A DNA stretch of 64,000 bases, from the NCBI GenBank assembly GCA_040222015.1, contig JAVJWO010000067.1, positions 1-64,000 of the forward strand, given 5' to 3'. The stretch's first letter is position 1. Each line of letters opens with the position of its first letter. The stretch is from Coleofasciculus chthonoplastes F2-STO-03 (GTDB taxonomy: Bacteria > Cyanobacteriota > Cyanobacteriia > Cyanobacteriales > Coleofasciculaceae). The notes beneath the pieces were generated by a model, which searched no databases, had not been told where the DNA came from, and saw only the letters and a program-made list of their open reading frames with translations. The position numbers and the translations under genes were made by a program. Below, one piece after another: positions 22,691-33,700 of this stretch.

Positions 22691-22845
22691 AAAACAAACC
22701 CTCACAATTCTATCTGATAGCTAGCTGTGGGTTCAAATTCAAAATAAACCGATTTAATAGACTTATAAGCAAAATACATACATCTGATCGATCAGACCTA
22801 TTTTCCAGTTATCTCAACTCTCTCAGAATTTTCAGGAGTACGATT

Positions 22846-24555
22846 ATGCTGAAATTCAAACCCATTCTTTCTCTTACCGTAGTCGGACTATCTCTCAGCC
22901 TACTCAGTAGTGGTAAAGCCTCAGCCTTTAGCTTCAACTTTAGCCCAATAGTAGAAACTAGCGATTCATTCAGTTCCTTTACCAGCCTCGGATCAGGACT
23001 CGGTACTGCAGGCGGAAATAGCGGCTATAAGTTGTCCAATGACTCCAACTATCAAAACGGAAAAGGACTGGCAATTAACAATAATGGTCAAGTCGTCTTT
23101 TTTGCCGAACTCAAGTCAGGAGACCAAGGAATCTATGTTGGTACGGGTGTCAGCGCCCCAGAAATCATTGTTGACAACAAATCTTACTCTATATTTAGCA
23201 GTTTTGGTCAGGGACTATCCCTTAATAATGATGGCACAGTCGCTTTTTTTGCCGATGTCGATTCTGGAGAACAAGGCATCTTTACCAGCAGTGGTGTCAG
23301 TAACACTCAACAAATTGCCCATACAAACGGAACCTATAGTAGCTTTGCTCCTGGATTATCTCTCAACGATAATGGCACGGTTGCCTTTCTTGCCAATCTC
23401 GATAGTGGAGCGCAAGAAATATTTACCAGTGATGGTAATAAAACGATCCAAATTACCAACTGTATAGGTGCTGGCTCATCCGAGCAACAATGTCCTCTCT
23501 CCAGTGGAAATCTTGATCCTCTTGCACCTGACATTAATAATCAGGGAATGGTTAGCTTTGTGAGTCACTACGGTGTCTTTACAGGGGATGAGAATGGCAA
23601 CTATTTGATTGTTTCCGATCCCACTAACTTTTGGAATGGTTCATATCGGGAAGCCAACATAAATGACCAAGGAGAAGTCTCAGCCTTTGCTCATAATAAT
23701 GGTGCAGGTCAAGTCATTTTTAAGACGAATGGCATTAATGGTGAATTGATTGCTGGGAACAATTATGACGAGTCAGGAACACCCGATACATTCTATAACC
23801 TTGGCACCAGTTCTATCAATAATAAAGGACTCGTCGCTTTTATGGCAAATCAGGTCGTTGAAGGGTCTAGCGCCTTTAGCAACCAGGATAAAGGTATCTT
23901 TGTGGGCAGTAATGCAGTCGAGGATAAAGTTATTGGCATTGGCGATACCTTATTCGGTTCCACTGTAGTTGATTTAGCCATGGATCGGCAAAGCCTGAGT
24001 GATGATAATGAGATTGTCTTCTGGGCAAAAATGGAAGATGGGACAGAAGGAATTTACCGCGCTAATAACATCGCTGACTCCCAATTTAATCCTTTGCTTC
24101 CTGATAGTACCTTGGATGGAGTGTTCCGATTTATTGACGTGATTGGCGGAAAATGGTATGACCCACCTTCCGCCTATGGCTTCCGCTACGAAATGACCGG
24201 GGATTCTTTATTTACCTCAATTTTAAACTTCCCGGTTGGCTTTGAAAATCCCTTCACCGTATCTGTAGGAGATACAAATCTGGGTGAATTTCTACCTGGA
24301 GACAGTATCGATTTTGTCTCGCTTTTGGGTGATGGTGTTTCTGAATTTACGATTACTGGACTTGATGTTGATCCAACTAATCCCACAGCGTTCCCAATTA
24401 AACTTGACTTTGATACGGATACCGCGAGTTTCGATATGCACGCACTCATAGAGGAAGACAGTCAGAACGTGCCTGAACCCGTTTCTGTCGTCAGTTTGTT
24501 GACCTTTGGTTCAGGTGTTGTACTGTTGCGTAGACGGAAAGCACAGCAGGTGTAG
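22846..24555 (+). CDS. PEP-CTERM surface protein with NxxGxVAF tandem repeats
   Basis: AGGAG RBS, signal peptide (ASA-F), repeated (L/I)NNxGxVAF, C-terminal VPEPVS-TM-RRRK. Confidence 0.9.
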   Translation: MLKFKPILSLTVVGLSLSLLSSGKASAFSFNFSPIVETSDSFSSFTSLGSGLGTAGGNSGYKLSNDSNYQNGKGLAINNNGQVVFFAELKSGDQGIYVGTGVSAPEIIVDNKSYSIFSSFGQGLSLNNDGTVAFFADVDSGEQGIFTSSGVSNTQQIAHTNGTYSSFAPGLSLNDNGTVAFLANLDSGAQEIFTSDGNKTIQITNCIGAGSSEQQCPLSSGNLDPLAPDINNQGMVSFVSHYGVFTGDENGNYLIVSDPTNFWNGSYREANINDQGEVSAFAHNNGAGQVIFKTNGINGELIAGNNYDESGTPDTFYNLGTSSINNKGLVAFMANQVVEGSSAFSNQDKGIFVGSNAVEDKVIGIGDTLFGSTVVDLAMDRQSLSDDNEIVFWAKMEDGTEGIYRANNIADSQFNPLLPDSTLDGVFRFIDVIGGKWYDPPSAYGFRYEMTGDSLFTSILNFPVGFENPFTVSVGDTNLGEFLPGDSIDFVSLLGDGVSEFTITGLDVDPTNPTAFPIKLDFDTDTASFDMHALIEEDSQNVPEPVSVVSLLTFGSGVVLLRRRKAQQV

Positions 24556-24642
24556 GGGCGGGTTTTACAACTATCTTATCGGTTGCACCCAGATGTAACT
24601 AAACCCGCCCCTGCCAAGGTTTTTTTGACAGATATACCGTAG

Positions 24643-24706
24643 GGTGGGTTGAGCGAAGCCGGTGGGTTGAGCGAAGCCGGTGGGTTGAGCGAAGCCGAAA
24701 CCCACC
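24643..24706. repeat. 3 x 18-bp tandem GGTGGGTTGAGCGAAGCC inside a GTAG palindromic repeat
   Basis: Units at 24643, 24661 and 24679, closed by GAAACCCACC. Confidence 0.85.
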
Positions 24707-24819
24707 AGCATACCCGTCAGTAACATTGATCTATACCTATTGAATCTTGGCTAGAGTTCTTTATGGGTAAAGGCACAAACAAATAACCAACAAAGTCTGA
24801 AAAGTTGAAGGAGAAAAAA

Positions 24820-25740
24820 ATGTTGAACTATACCGCAAAACTTTCTATTTCTGCTAAATTCATCCCTATCGCCACCGTATGTGGTTTGCTATTTGCCACA
24901 GGCGAATCCGCTCAAGCTGCTACGTTTGCTCTCAATGAAGATACTACTGTTGATACATTTACCGAATGTGTCAACGATGGTATTGCCCTCAAAGTTGGCA
25001 AAAATCCCGTTGATGAATCAGGATGGCAATATGCGATTGATTCATTTAATGATGGCGTGGATGGATTGCAAGTTGGTGGGGATGGTAATCCCTATGAAAT
25101 TTACAGTTTAGCTCTCAAGGAAACCAAAGATAGCCTTTTTGTGGCGATTAATGGCAATATGTCGTTAACAGGTGTTGATGGAACCAGTGCTGAGGATGGC
25201 AATATTGGGTGGGGTGATTTGTTCTTCAATTTTACCGATCAAGATTTCACCACGGCAAATAATCAAGGAGATTTATTCGGAGTCCGTTTTGCCGGAACCA
25301 ATGATTCCTTAGTCCCTAATCTTGGTCTTTATGGCAATGTCACCGCGATTAGTACCACAGATATTAATAGTGGATTTGAGAGTTTGGCAGAATACAACCA
25401 ACGAGTGAATGATTTTTGTCAAGGTGCTGGTTGTGGTCCGAGTCTGGGGGATTTACCTGCTGATACCTCCTATTTTGACCAATCTCAAAGTTTAAATACG
25501 ATTAGTTCCGGTGAATTTCTCACCAGTCTTATGTATCTGTCTGAGTCGGAATTACTCGCTGCTGGCTATGACTTGAATCGCTTTGATGGTGAACATACCA
25601 TCGCCTTCAAGTTCGATAAATCGGGGATTTGCGATCGCGGTTACTGTACGTCAGTCCCTGAACCCTCTGCTGGCTTGGGTTTAGCCGCCCTCGGCTTAAT
25701 GGTTGGCGTTAGTCAACTGCGTAAGCGTTACTCAGCTTGA
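24820..25740 (+). CDS. PEP-CTERM surface protein (GW-YAIDSFNDG type, possibly XDD3 family)
   Basis: AAGGAG RBS, signal peptide (AQA-A), C-terminal VPEPS-TM-RKR. Confidence 0.88.
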   Translation: MLNYTAKLSISAKFIPIATVCGLLFATGESAQAATFALNEDTTVDTFTECVNDGIALKVGKNPVDESGWQYAIDSFNDGVDGLQVGGDGNPYEIYSLALKETKDSLFVAINGNMSLTGVDGTSAEDGNIGWGDLFFNFTDQDFTTANNQGDLFGVRFAGTNDSLVPNLGLYGNVTAISTTDINSGFESLAEYNQRVNDFCQGAGCGPSLGDLPADTSYFDQSQSLNTISSGEFLTSLMYLSESELLAAGYDLNRFDGEHTIAFKFDKSGICDRGYCTSVPEPSAGLGLAALGLMVGVSQLRKRYSA

Positions 25741-26101
25741 AAATCAGGCGTCGTAAAGGTTAAAGCTATTGGCAGATGACTGTCCGCCGGACGTATCGCG
25801 ACTTCACCCCTGTCTTAAAGTCACAACATTTTACCTCTGTCAATAGCTACAGTTGGGAGCAATTTTTAGGAACGGTGAAGGACAAACTATTACAGAATGA
25901 AACCAAATTTTCTGTATTTTTTACTACATTTTTGCCTGAATTTTATCCGGGTTGCCCAAGCTGGCGATCCACTGAATACAGAGTTGGCGATTAACTTTGT
26001 AAAGGTTTGTTACAAAATCCTGACTATGTGCGTAAATGGGAGGAATGAACCCAGAGTAATAGTTAGAAAGTCAATTCACTGTCAACCAATCCAGGAAACT
26101 T

Positions 26102-26326
26102 ATGTGGAACATCATTTTCATCGGATTAATCCTCTTTTACCTAGTCATGCTACCGCTTTTCTTCACACGATGGCTAGGCTTTTTACAACGTGAGGAAAAC
26201 CTCTCTCCCAAAGCCCAATTTCACTCGCTCATGTTTTTACTTCTTGCCGCTATCCTGTGGCCCCTAGTCGTTCCCATCTCTTACCTAGAACTATTAGAAC
26301 GCCAAGAACAGCTTCAGAATTTTTGA
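26102..26326 (+). CDS. Small two-TM membrane protein
   Basis: AGGA RBS; two hydrophobic helices; LWPLVVPISYLELL motif. Confidence 0.65.
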   Translation: MWNIIFIGLILFYLVMLPLFFTRWLGFLQREENLSPKAQFHSLMFLLLAAILWPLVVPISYLELLERQEQLQNF

Positions 26327-26409
26327 CCAACCGGAGTATCACCTTTATTTCTGACACCGCATCAATCACTATTACCTCTCAAGTCACCTGAACTGAAGGA
26401 ACAAGTCCA

Positions 26410-27108
26410 ATGACTGCATTTACCCTTAACCAAAACCGTTGCGATGAAGACTATATCCATCAGCCATCACTCTTCAATAATCAGACATTAATTTTCTCGC
26501 TTCATCCTTCCACCTATTCCACGACTAAACGCGGCATCGATATTATTGGTTCTTTAGTCGGACTCCTGATTCTAGGGGTTCTTTTCCTCCCCATCGCCAT
26601 TGCCATTAAACTCGATAGTCGCGGTGATATTTTCTATTGTCAAACCCGCCACGGACTTTATGGAAAACCCTTCAAAATCTGGAAGTTCCGCTCAATGATT
26701 CCCCAAGCGGATGCCCTAAAATCCCAAATTCCTAATCAAGTCCAAGGACACCTGTTTAAGAATGACAATGACCCCCGCATCACCCCTGTGGGGCGTTTTC
26801 TGCGCGGCACTAGCTTAGACGAATTCCCGCAATTTTGGAACGTTTTAATCGGAGAAATGAGTTTAGTTGGCACTCGTCCGCCTACCCACGATGAAGTGAT
26901 CCATTATAATCCCCACCATTTGCAGCGATTAAACGTCAAACCGGGGATCACAGGCGAATGGCAAGTCAAGGGGCGATCGCAGATACAGGATTTTGATGCG
27001 GTGGTTGCTCTTGATTTAAACTATCAGAAACAATGGCATCCTGGGTATGATTTAATCATTATTTGGAAAACAATTTCCGTTGTTTTTACCCGACTCGGTG
27101 CTTGCTAA
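26410..27108 (+). CDS. Bacterial sugar transferase (polyprenyl-phosphate glycosylphosphotransferase, WcaJ-like C-terminal domain)
   Basis: [55 protein letters not shown]. Confidence 0.93.
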   Translation: MTAFTLNQNRCDEDYIHQPSLFNNQTLIFSLHPSTYSTTKRGIDIIGSLVGLLILGVLFLPIAIAIKLDSRGDIFYCQTRHGLYGKPFKIWKFRSMIPQADALKSQIPNQVQGHLFKNDNDPRITPVGRFLRGTSLDEFPQFWNVLIGEMSLVGTRPPTHDEVIHYNPHHLQRLNVKPGITGEWQVKGRSQIQDFDAVVALDLNYQKQWHPGYDLIIIWKTISVVFTRLGAC

Positions 27109-27235
27109 GTAGGTGGACACAATTAACGTGAACGGTGAAAAACTCGCTTTCATCGAGAAGCAAGCTACGTTTATGTAAGGGTTTGAGGCTTATTTACAAA
27201 ACTTAGTATGGTGCTGTTTTCTTTATCAGCCATTC

Positions 27236-27475
27236 CTAAGAAACAACAGGCAAACCCGCTAACGCCATAGCAATTTCCTGTTCACTATACTCGCTATCCT
27301 GCAATCGTCCTGCGTGATAATCGATATACGATTGCATATCAAAATGACCATGACCACATAAATTAAATAAAATTGTGCGGCTAATCCCTTCTTCCTTACA
27401 TGTATCGCCAAAATCATAGGCGTATTTTCCTTTCGTTAATGTTGGACAAGCGGTAGGTTCTACGGCGACAAATCG
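27236..27475 (-). pseudogene. Remnant of TrpB2-like PLP enzyme (C-terminal pieces only)
   Basis: VAVEPTACPTLTKGKYAYDFGDT joined directly to CKEEG-SRTILFNLCGHGHFDM; N-terminal PLP-lysine region absent. Confidence 0.8.
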
Positions 27476-27559
27476 AGTTGTATAACTGGGGAAAGAGAGT
27501 AATGAGAGTGTCTCGGCTTCCCCCGATCCTAGACGTGTTATGGCACGTCTCACTATGAA

Positions 27560-29242
27560 TTATTCGCCCCCAAATTGTTGGCGCAATTCGGCTATTTCTG
27601 TATCCTCTAACTTGCGAAATAGAGGAGGCGGAACCTCAAAAAAACGACCGGCTTTCAAGGCATTAAAATCCACCGCCTGAGTTAACGTTTGCGTTCTTTC
27701 TGTTTCCGATAACTGCAACGCATCAAAGAGTTTCTCCGCTGTAAAGGGAATAAACGGATTCGACGCGATCGCATAAAGCCGAATCAGATTAATACAGGTG
27801 CGAATTACCAACGCAGCCTCTTCCTTGTCTTGCTTAAACAGCGCCCAGGGTGCGCGTTCGTCAATATATTGATTCCCCACTGTCCACAGCGCACATAAGG
27901 TTTCAGCCGCTTTGCGAAACTCCAGATTTTGCAAACAGCCACTCAGTTTTGCGGTCAAACTTTCGCAACTTTCCTGCAACCGTTGTTCCGCCTCTCCCGG
28001 CGTTCCCCCTTCCGGAATTACTCCTTTAAACCGACTATTGGCAAATTTGAGTATCCGGTTGACAAAATTACCCAGATTATCTGCCAAATCCTTGTTTATC
28101 TTAATTTGAAATAACTCCCAGGTAAAAGCCGAATCAGCCGATTCTGGAGACATAGCAATTAACGCATAGCGCCAGTAATCAGCGGGTACAATTTCTAAGG
28201 CTTGGTCAGAAAAGATGCCACGTTTGGAACTGGTGGAGAATTTACCGCCATAATAGGTTAACCAATTAAAGCCCTTAATATTATCCGCCATTGTCCAAGA
28301 TTCCCGCGTTCCCAGAATCATCGCGGGCCACATAATTGTATGGAAGGGCAAATTATCTTTTGCCATAAATTGCAGATGGCGAATATCCTGGGCATCATAC
28401 CACCACGGTTTCCAATCATCCGCTTCAGCGTGTTGACTTGCCCATCCTTTGGTAGCAGAAATATAGCCAATGGGAGCATCAAACCAGACATAAAATACTT
28501 TACCCTCAAATCCCGGACGGGGTACAGGCACACCCCAACTCAAATCGCGGGTAATGCAACGGTCTTGTAATCCTTCATTTAACCATTTCAGGGCAATGGA
28601 TCTAGTCAGAGTCGTCCACTCTTGCTGTTTATCCACCCAGGAACGCACTTCATCACTCAGGGTAGTCAGCTTTAAGAATAAATGTTTAGTGGTGCGAACT
28701 TCTAGATTTGTACTGCCTGATACAGCAGAACGGGGTTCAATTAGATCCGTGGGATCTAGCACTGAGGTACAATTCTCACACTGATCCCCTCTGGCGCGAT
28801 CGTATCCGCAATAGGGACAAGTTCCAATAATATATCGGTCGGGTAAGAAACGATTATCTTCATGGGAGTAAACCTGACGAATTTCCCGTTCTTCCATGAA
28901 GCCATTTTCATCGAGGCGTTGATAAAAATGCTGGGTTAACTCATGGTGATCGGGCGAAGAGGTGCGACCAAAATAATCGAAAGAAAGTCCAAACCCGCGA
29001 TAGATTTCGGCTTGCCGTTCGTGTTGTTTTTGACAGTAGGTGGCGACATCTAATCCGGCTTCCAATGCGGCTAATTCCGCTGGTGTACCATGTTCATCTG
29101 TGGCACATATAAATAGAACCGATTCGCCTTCCTGTCGCAGGAAACGGCTATAGACATCAGCCGGAAGCATAGAACCGACTAAATTTCCCAGGTGTTTAAT
29201 CCCATTGATATAGGGCAACGCACTTGTAATCAGATACCGCAT
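27560..29242 (-). CDS. metG: Methionyl-tRNA synthetase
   Basis: ITSALPYING-HLGN, ATDEHG, CPYC/CENC zinc knuckle, YVWFDA, KFSTS (KMSKS equivalent). Confidence 0.96.
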   Translation of the reverse strand: MRYLITSALPYINGIKHLGNLVGSMLPADVYSRFLRQEGESVLFICATDEHGTPAELAALEAGLDVATYCQKQHERQAEIYRGFGLSFDYFGRTSSPDHHELTQHFYQRLDENGFMEEREIRQVYSHEDNRFLPDRYIIGTCPYCGYDRARGDQCENCTSVLDPTDLIEPRSAVSGSTNLEVRTTKHLFLKLTTLSDEVRSWVDKQQEWTTLTRSIALKWLNEGLQDRCITRDLSWGVPVPRPGFEGKVFYVWFDAPIGYISATKGWASQHAEADDWKPWWYDAQDIRHLQFMAKDNLPFHTIMWPAMILGTRESWTMADNIKGFNWLTYYGGKFSTSSKRGIFSDQALEIVPADYWRYALIAMSPESADSAFTWELFQIKINKDLADNLGNFVNRILKFANSRFKGVIPEGGTPGEAEQRLQESCESLTAKLSGCLQNLEFRKAAETLCALWTVGNQYIDERAPWALFKQDKEEAALVIRTCINLIRLYAIASNPFIPFTAEKLFDALQLSETERTQTLTQAVDFNALKAGRFFEVPPPLFRKLEDTEIAELRQQFGGE

Positions 29243-29279
29243 AAATTTTACGTAGGGTGTGTTAAATAGTACAGCGTTT

Positions 29280-29305
29280 GTAGTAAGCGCTTAAGCGCTT
29301 ACTAC
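29280..29305. repeat. Perfect 26-bp palindrome GTAGTAAGCGCTTAAGCGCTTACTAC (GTAG-type repeat)
   Basis: Read directly. Confidence 0.85.
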
Positions 29306-29350
29306 GAACCCAGCTTAAGTCAGTAATATTTACCTTAAGACTATTGTGCG

Positions 29351-30100
29351 TCAAGTTATGCCAGATGTCTTCACAATCCCATCTTCAAGATAAGTTACTC
29401 GGTCAGCGACATCCAGGATGCGGGGATCATGGGTGACCATCAGTACTGTACACCCTTCCTCCTTTGCCAACCGCCGCAATAGTTCAATTACTCGATGTCC
29501 ACTGGTTGAATCCAGGGCTGCCGTGGGTTCATCTGCCATGATAATCTGAGGATGACCGGCTAAGGAACGTGCGATCGCGACTCGTTGCTTCTGTCCCCCC
29601 GACAAGTTAGCAGGGCGTTGATTGGCGTGCATCTCTAATCCAACGTGTTCTAGTAACTCCTGTGCCTGATGTCGCGCTTTAGTCCCCCGAATCCCTTTAA
29701 TATTCAGCACCACTTCTATATTCTCCGCTGCCGTTAGCGCCGGAAACAGGTTAAAATGCTGGAAAATGAAGCCAATATTGTTTCGCCGAAAGCGAGCTAG
29801 CTTGGCGCTGGACATTTTGGTGATCTCTTCTCCGAGTAGGTATACCTTGCCCAATGAAGGCGTCAGTAGTCCCGCCAGAATAGAGAGGAACGTCGTTTTC
29901 CCCGAACCCGATGGTCCCATCAGGATTTGAATATTGCCGCGCTGAATTTGCAAGTCAATCCCTTTCAACACTTGATAGCGCTGATTGCCGGATTTATATT
30001 CCATCGTTACGCTTTCAGCAATGATAGTATCCCATTGCTTCGGTTTGCGATCGCTTGAGCGCCGATCAAGCTGGTTTCGGCTTTTTATAGACACAACCAC
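29351..30100 (-). CDS. ABC transporter ATP-binding protein (LolD/DevA-like)
   Basis: GPSGSGKT, LSGGQKQRVAIAR, ADEPTAALD and VTHD motifs. Confidence 0.93.
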   Translation of the reverse strand: MVVSIKSRNQLDRRSSDRKPKQWDTIIAESVTMEYKSGNQRYQVLKGIDLQIQRGNIQILMGPSGSGKTTFLSILAGLLTPSLGKVYLLGEEITKMSSAKLARFRRNNIGFIFQHFNLFPALTAAENIEVVLNIKGIRGTKARHQAQELLEHVGLEMHANQRPANLSGGQKQRVAIARSLAGHPQIIMADEPTAALDSTSGHRVIELLRRLAKEEGCTVLMVTHDPRILDVADRVTYLEDGIVKTSGIT

Positions 30101-30790
30101 ATTGATATAAGCGACAATCAGGGTCTATCTGTAAAGAAATATAACATAAATAGCCCAAGTTAAACTCTCTTCAGATAAAGAGCCATGATCTGGATGATAA
30201 CGAATTCTGACCATTCAAATCCGTGGCTACGTGATACTTGTGAGACTGTCAGGGAGGGGGTTGAAACGAGAGAAGTGACATCCTCCCACACCAAATCAAA
30301 GATTATGGTGATGTGCCTCTGTGGTCAACCGAGGCAACGTAAACGCCGCGTTGGTTGCCCACATAAAAAAGAATATCCCTAAACTGACCAAAACCTGCAT
30401 CAATTGTATGTTTGCCTAAAAACCCTTTCGCCATAGTTCGGAAATCAATTCACGACTCAATATAAAGTTACATCACCGCTTAATTACATTTTAGAATTGT
30501 TAATCTTTTTCGATTAAGCTTGACGAGTCGGTTGAATCTGATTAAAGTCGGTTATCATGCTATCAAGAGTATTTTAAGTTAGATTGCCTAGCCCAGTGAA
30601 TTGCCCTATACCAAACTCTTGTGGATGGTGTGACCGCTGAAGTTAAAGGTGAGATGGTTAGCCCAAAAAGAGTTAGTGCGATCGCACCTTGGCAAATGTG
30701 TTAGATCCTATATATATAGACCTGGCAACGAAGCCAGCATTATTAAACGTCCCTTTGAAACCCAACCTCTGCTGGGTTAACGAATCAGCC

Positions 30791-33700
30791 ATGAACAGAG
30801 TACATCTTTTAACCGCCGCTGTTACCGGATTTTGGCTTTGGGTTTTCAGCCTTGGCACCTCCTCTGAAGTCCTAGTTCTGGCGCAGCCGATTATCCCAGC
30901 AGCCGATGGTACAGGGACAATTATCACACCGGATGGGAACCGCATCGATATTTCCGGTGGGAGTCTTTCTGGGAATGGCAAAAACCTCTTCCACAGTTTC
31001 CAGGAGTTTGGCTTAGACGCTGATCAAATCGCCAACTTTATGGCTAATCCTAATTTAAATCATATTCTCGGTCGTGTGATTGGGGGTGATGCGTCTCTAA
31101 TTAATGGGTTAATTCAAATAACTGGCGGGAATCCTCATCTATATATAATGAATCCAGCCGGAATTATTTTTGGTGCGAATGCTCAATTAAACGTCCCGGC
31201 TGATTTTATCGCTACCACCGCCACTGGGATTGGTTTTGGCGATAACCAGTGGTTTAATGCGGTGGGTGTGAATGCCTATCAGGATTTAATCGGTAAGCCG
31301 AATCAGTTAGCCTTTGATTTAGCGGCAGCGGGAAGTATTTTTAATGCTGGCAATTTAGCCGTATCAGAGGGGCAAAACTTAACCCTACTGGCGGGAAATG
31401 TAATTAATACGGGAACCATTACCGCACCCGGAGGAACGATTACTGTGGCGGCGGTTCCCGGTTCTAATTTGGTCAAACTTTCGCAACCGGGACATTTACT
31501 CTCTCTGGAAATTGCCGCACCCAGGACTCCCTCCGGAAGCCTGTTACCTGTCACGCCTCTTTCTTTAGCGGAATTATTAACGGGTGCAGGGGAGACGGTT
31601 GAGGTTAATCAATCGGGAACCGTGCAACTCACCGATCGCAATGTGACATTTCCCCAAGATACAGGAATGGTGCTGGTTTTTGGTGGGATTAATGTGGTGA
31701 ATGTTGACACACCAAGCGGTACAGGGGGTGAGATTAATCTGATTGGCAATCATGTCGGTCTATTTTCCGCCCATCTGGATGCGTCTGGAATCAAGGGTGG
31801 GGGTAGAGTGCGAGTTGGTGGTGGGTATCAGGGACAAGATATCTTACCCAATGCCATTGAAACAACAGTGAGTCCAGATTCCACGATTCACGCCGATGCT
31901 TTAACTGAAGGGAATGGCGGTCAACTTGTGATTTGGTCAGATCAAACCGCCCAGATTCATGGTCAATTAACTGCACGCGGCGGCACTTTTGGCGGAAATG
32001 GGGGATTGATTGAAACCTCTGGTAAACAGGCGCTTCATTTAACCAGTATCCCCGATGCATCTGCACCCCAAGGGATAGGAGGAACCTGGTTAATTGACCC
32101 CACCGATATCACGATTGTGGAGCAGGGTGGCGGTGAAATTGGCACGAACCAGGTAAATGTAGGTCATATTAACACAGCCCTGAATAATGGCAATACTGTG
32201 ATCATTACCACCAGTATTTCAGGGGATACGGGTTTAGGCACGATTACCCTAGACAGTGGTGCAGCGATTCATAAAACGGCTGGGGGAGAGGCGACGCTGA
32301 CGCTTCAGGCAGACGATACAATTACTCTGAATGAGCAAATTAGTGCCAATAGTGGTGAGTTAAATCTGAATCTATTTGCCGATACCGATAACAACGGCGA
32401 GGGACAAATCCGCATCAATCAGCCTATTTTAACCAATGGCGGTGCGATCGCGGCGACGGGGGCTAGTCCCAATTCCCCCAGTATCATAATTAATGCAGAG
32501 ATTAACGCCGCAGGTGGAGATATCACCCTAACCGGATCAAGTCTTAATCCCAGCCAAGGTGGAATTCAGGCGGACGTAATTCGCAGCGATGGCACAACTC
32601 AGGGTGAACAAGCGGGTGCGATTCATCTGACTGCGTCTGGGGATATTACCGCCACCGAAATTTCCGCGATTTCTGAAAGTTCGATGTTAATTGGTCATGG
32701 GGGTGATATTACCATCAATTCCGGTGGGAATATTGCCATTGCCGATGATATTCTCACCCATGCTGATCAGGGAAATGGTGGGATGATTAACCTCGAGGCG
32801 GCGGGAATGATCGAGATTCATGATATTGTCTCGGCAACCAATATGGGGAATGGGGGTGATATTACACTCAAAGCGGGTGGTTATTTGTCTATTCCGGGAA
32901 ATATCCTCACCTATACCGGAAGTGGTACGGGTAAAGGCGGCGATGTGACGATAGAAGCGGCGACGATGGGGATTAATTCTATCTATGCTACCGGGGGAAC
33001 GTTAGGAAGTGGAACCATTACGATTACTAGCGATGAAATTGATATTGGTGCAGCCTTCAGTAGCCAGGGGGGAAGGCTTTGGCTGAAGCCTTTGACACCG
33101 AGTCAAGGGATTGTGATTGGTGCGTCAAGGAACGACACGTCGGCGTTGGATTTGACGGCAACTGAATTAGGAAAACTCTGGGATGGCTTTAACTCAATTA
33201 CCATCGGTCAACTAGAAAGTCAGGGGACGATAACATTGGCAAACCCCATTCAATTTAATGATCCGGTGCATCTGGCGGGGGGTTCAGAATTAATTGGACC
33301 GAATGTGGATACGAAGTTCACGATTACGGGTACAGATGCTGGTACGGTTAGTGGATTTAACTCCCCGTTAACTTTTTCCTCCATAGAAACAATTCGCGGC
33401 GGAAGCGCGGATGATACGGTTCAATTTAATCCGAGTCAAGCGGGGATTAGCGGTACGATTGATGGCGGGGCGGGGAATCTAATTCTAATTGGCGATGAGT
33501 TAGATTTTACTGGGAGGATATCGGGAACGGGGAATGTAACCCTGCAACCCCTAACCCCAAGTCAAGGGATACAACTGGGAGGAACCGATAATCAAAATCC
33601 CAATGTTTTAGAGTTAACGACACCCGAGTTGAATGTACTGCAAAATCGTTTTAACTCCATGACAATTGGTGGGAGCAATAGCGGTGGTGTAATTACGTTA

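Noticed and set aside
24643..24706. Possible CRISPR array
   Set aside because: 18-bp units are contiguous with no spacers and no cas genes are present; it is a slipped palindromic repeat.
25998..26014. NtcA box upstream of the small membrane protein
   Set aside because: Spacing is GTA-N9-TAC, not the canonical N8.
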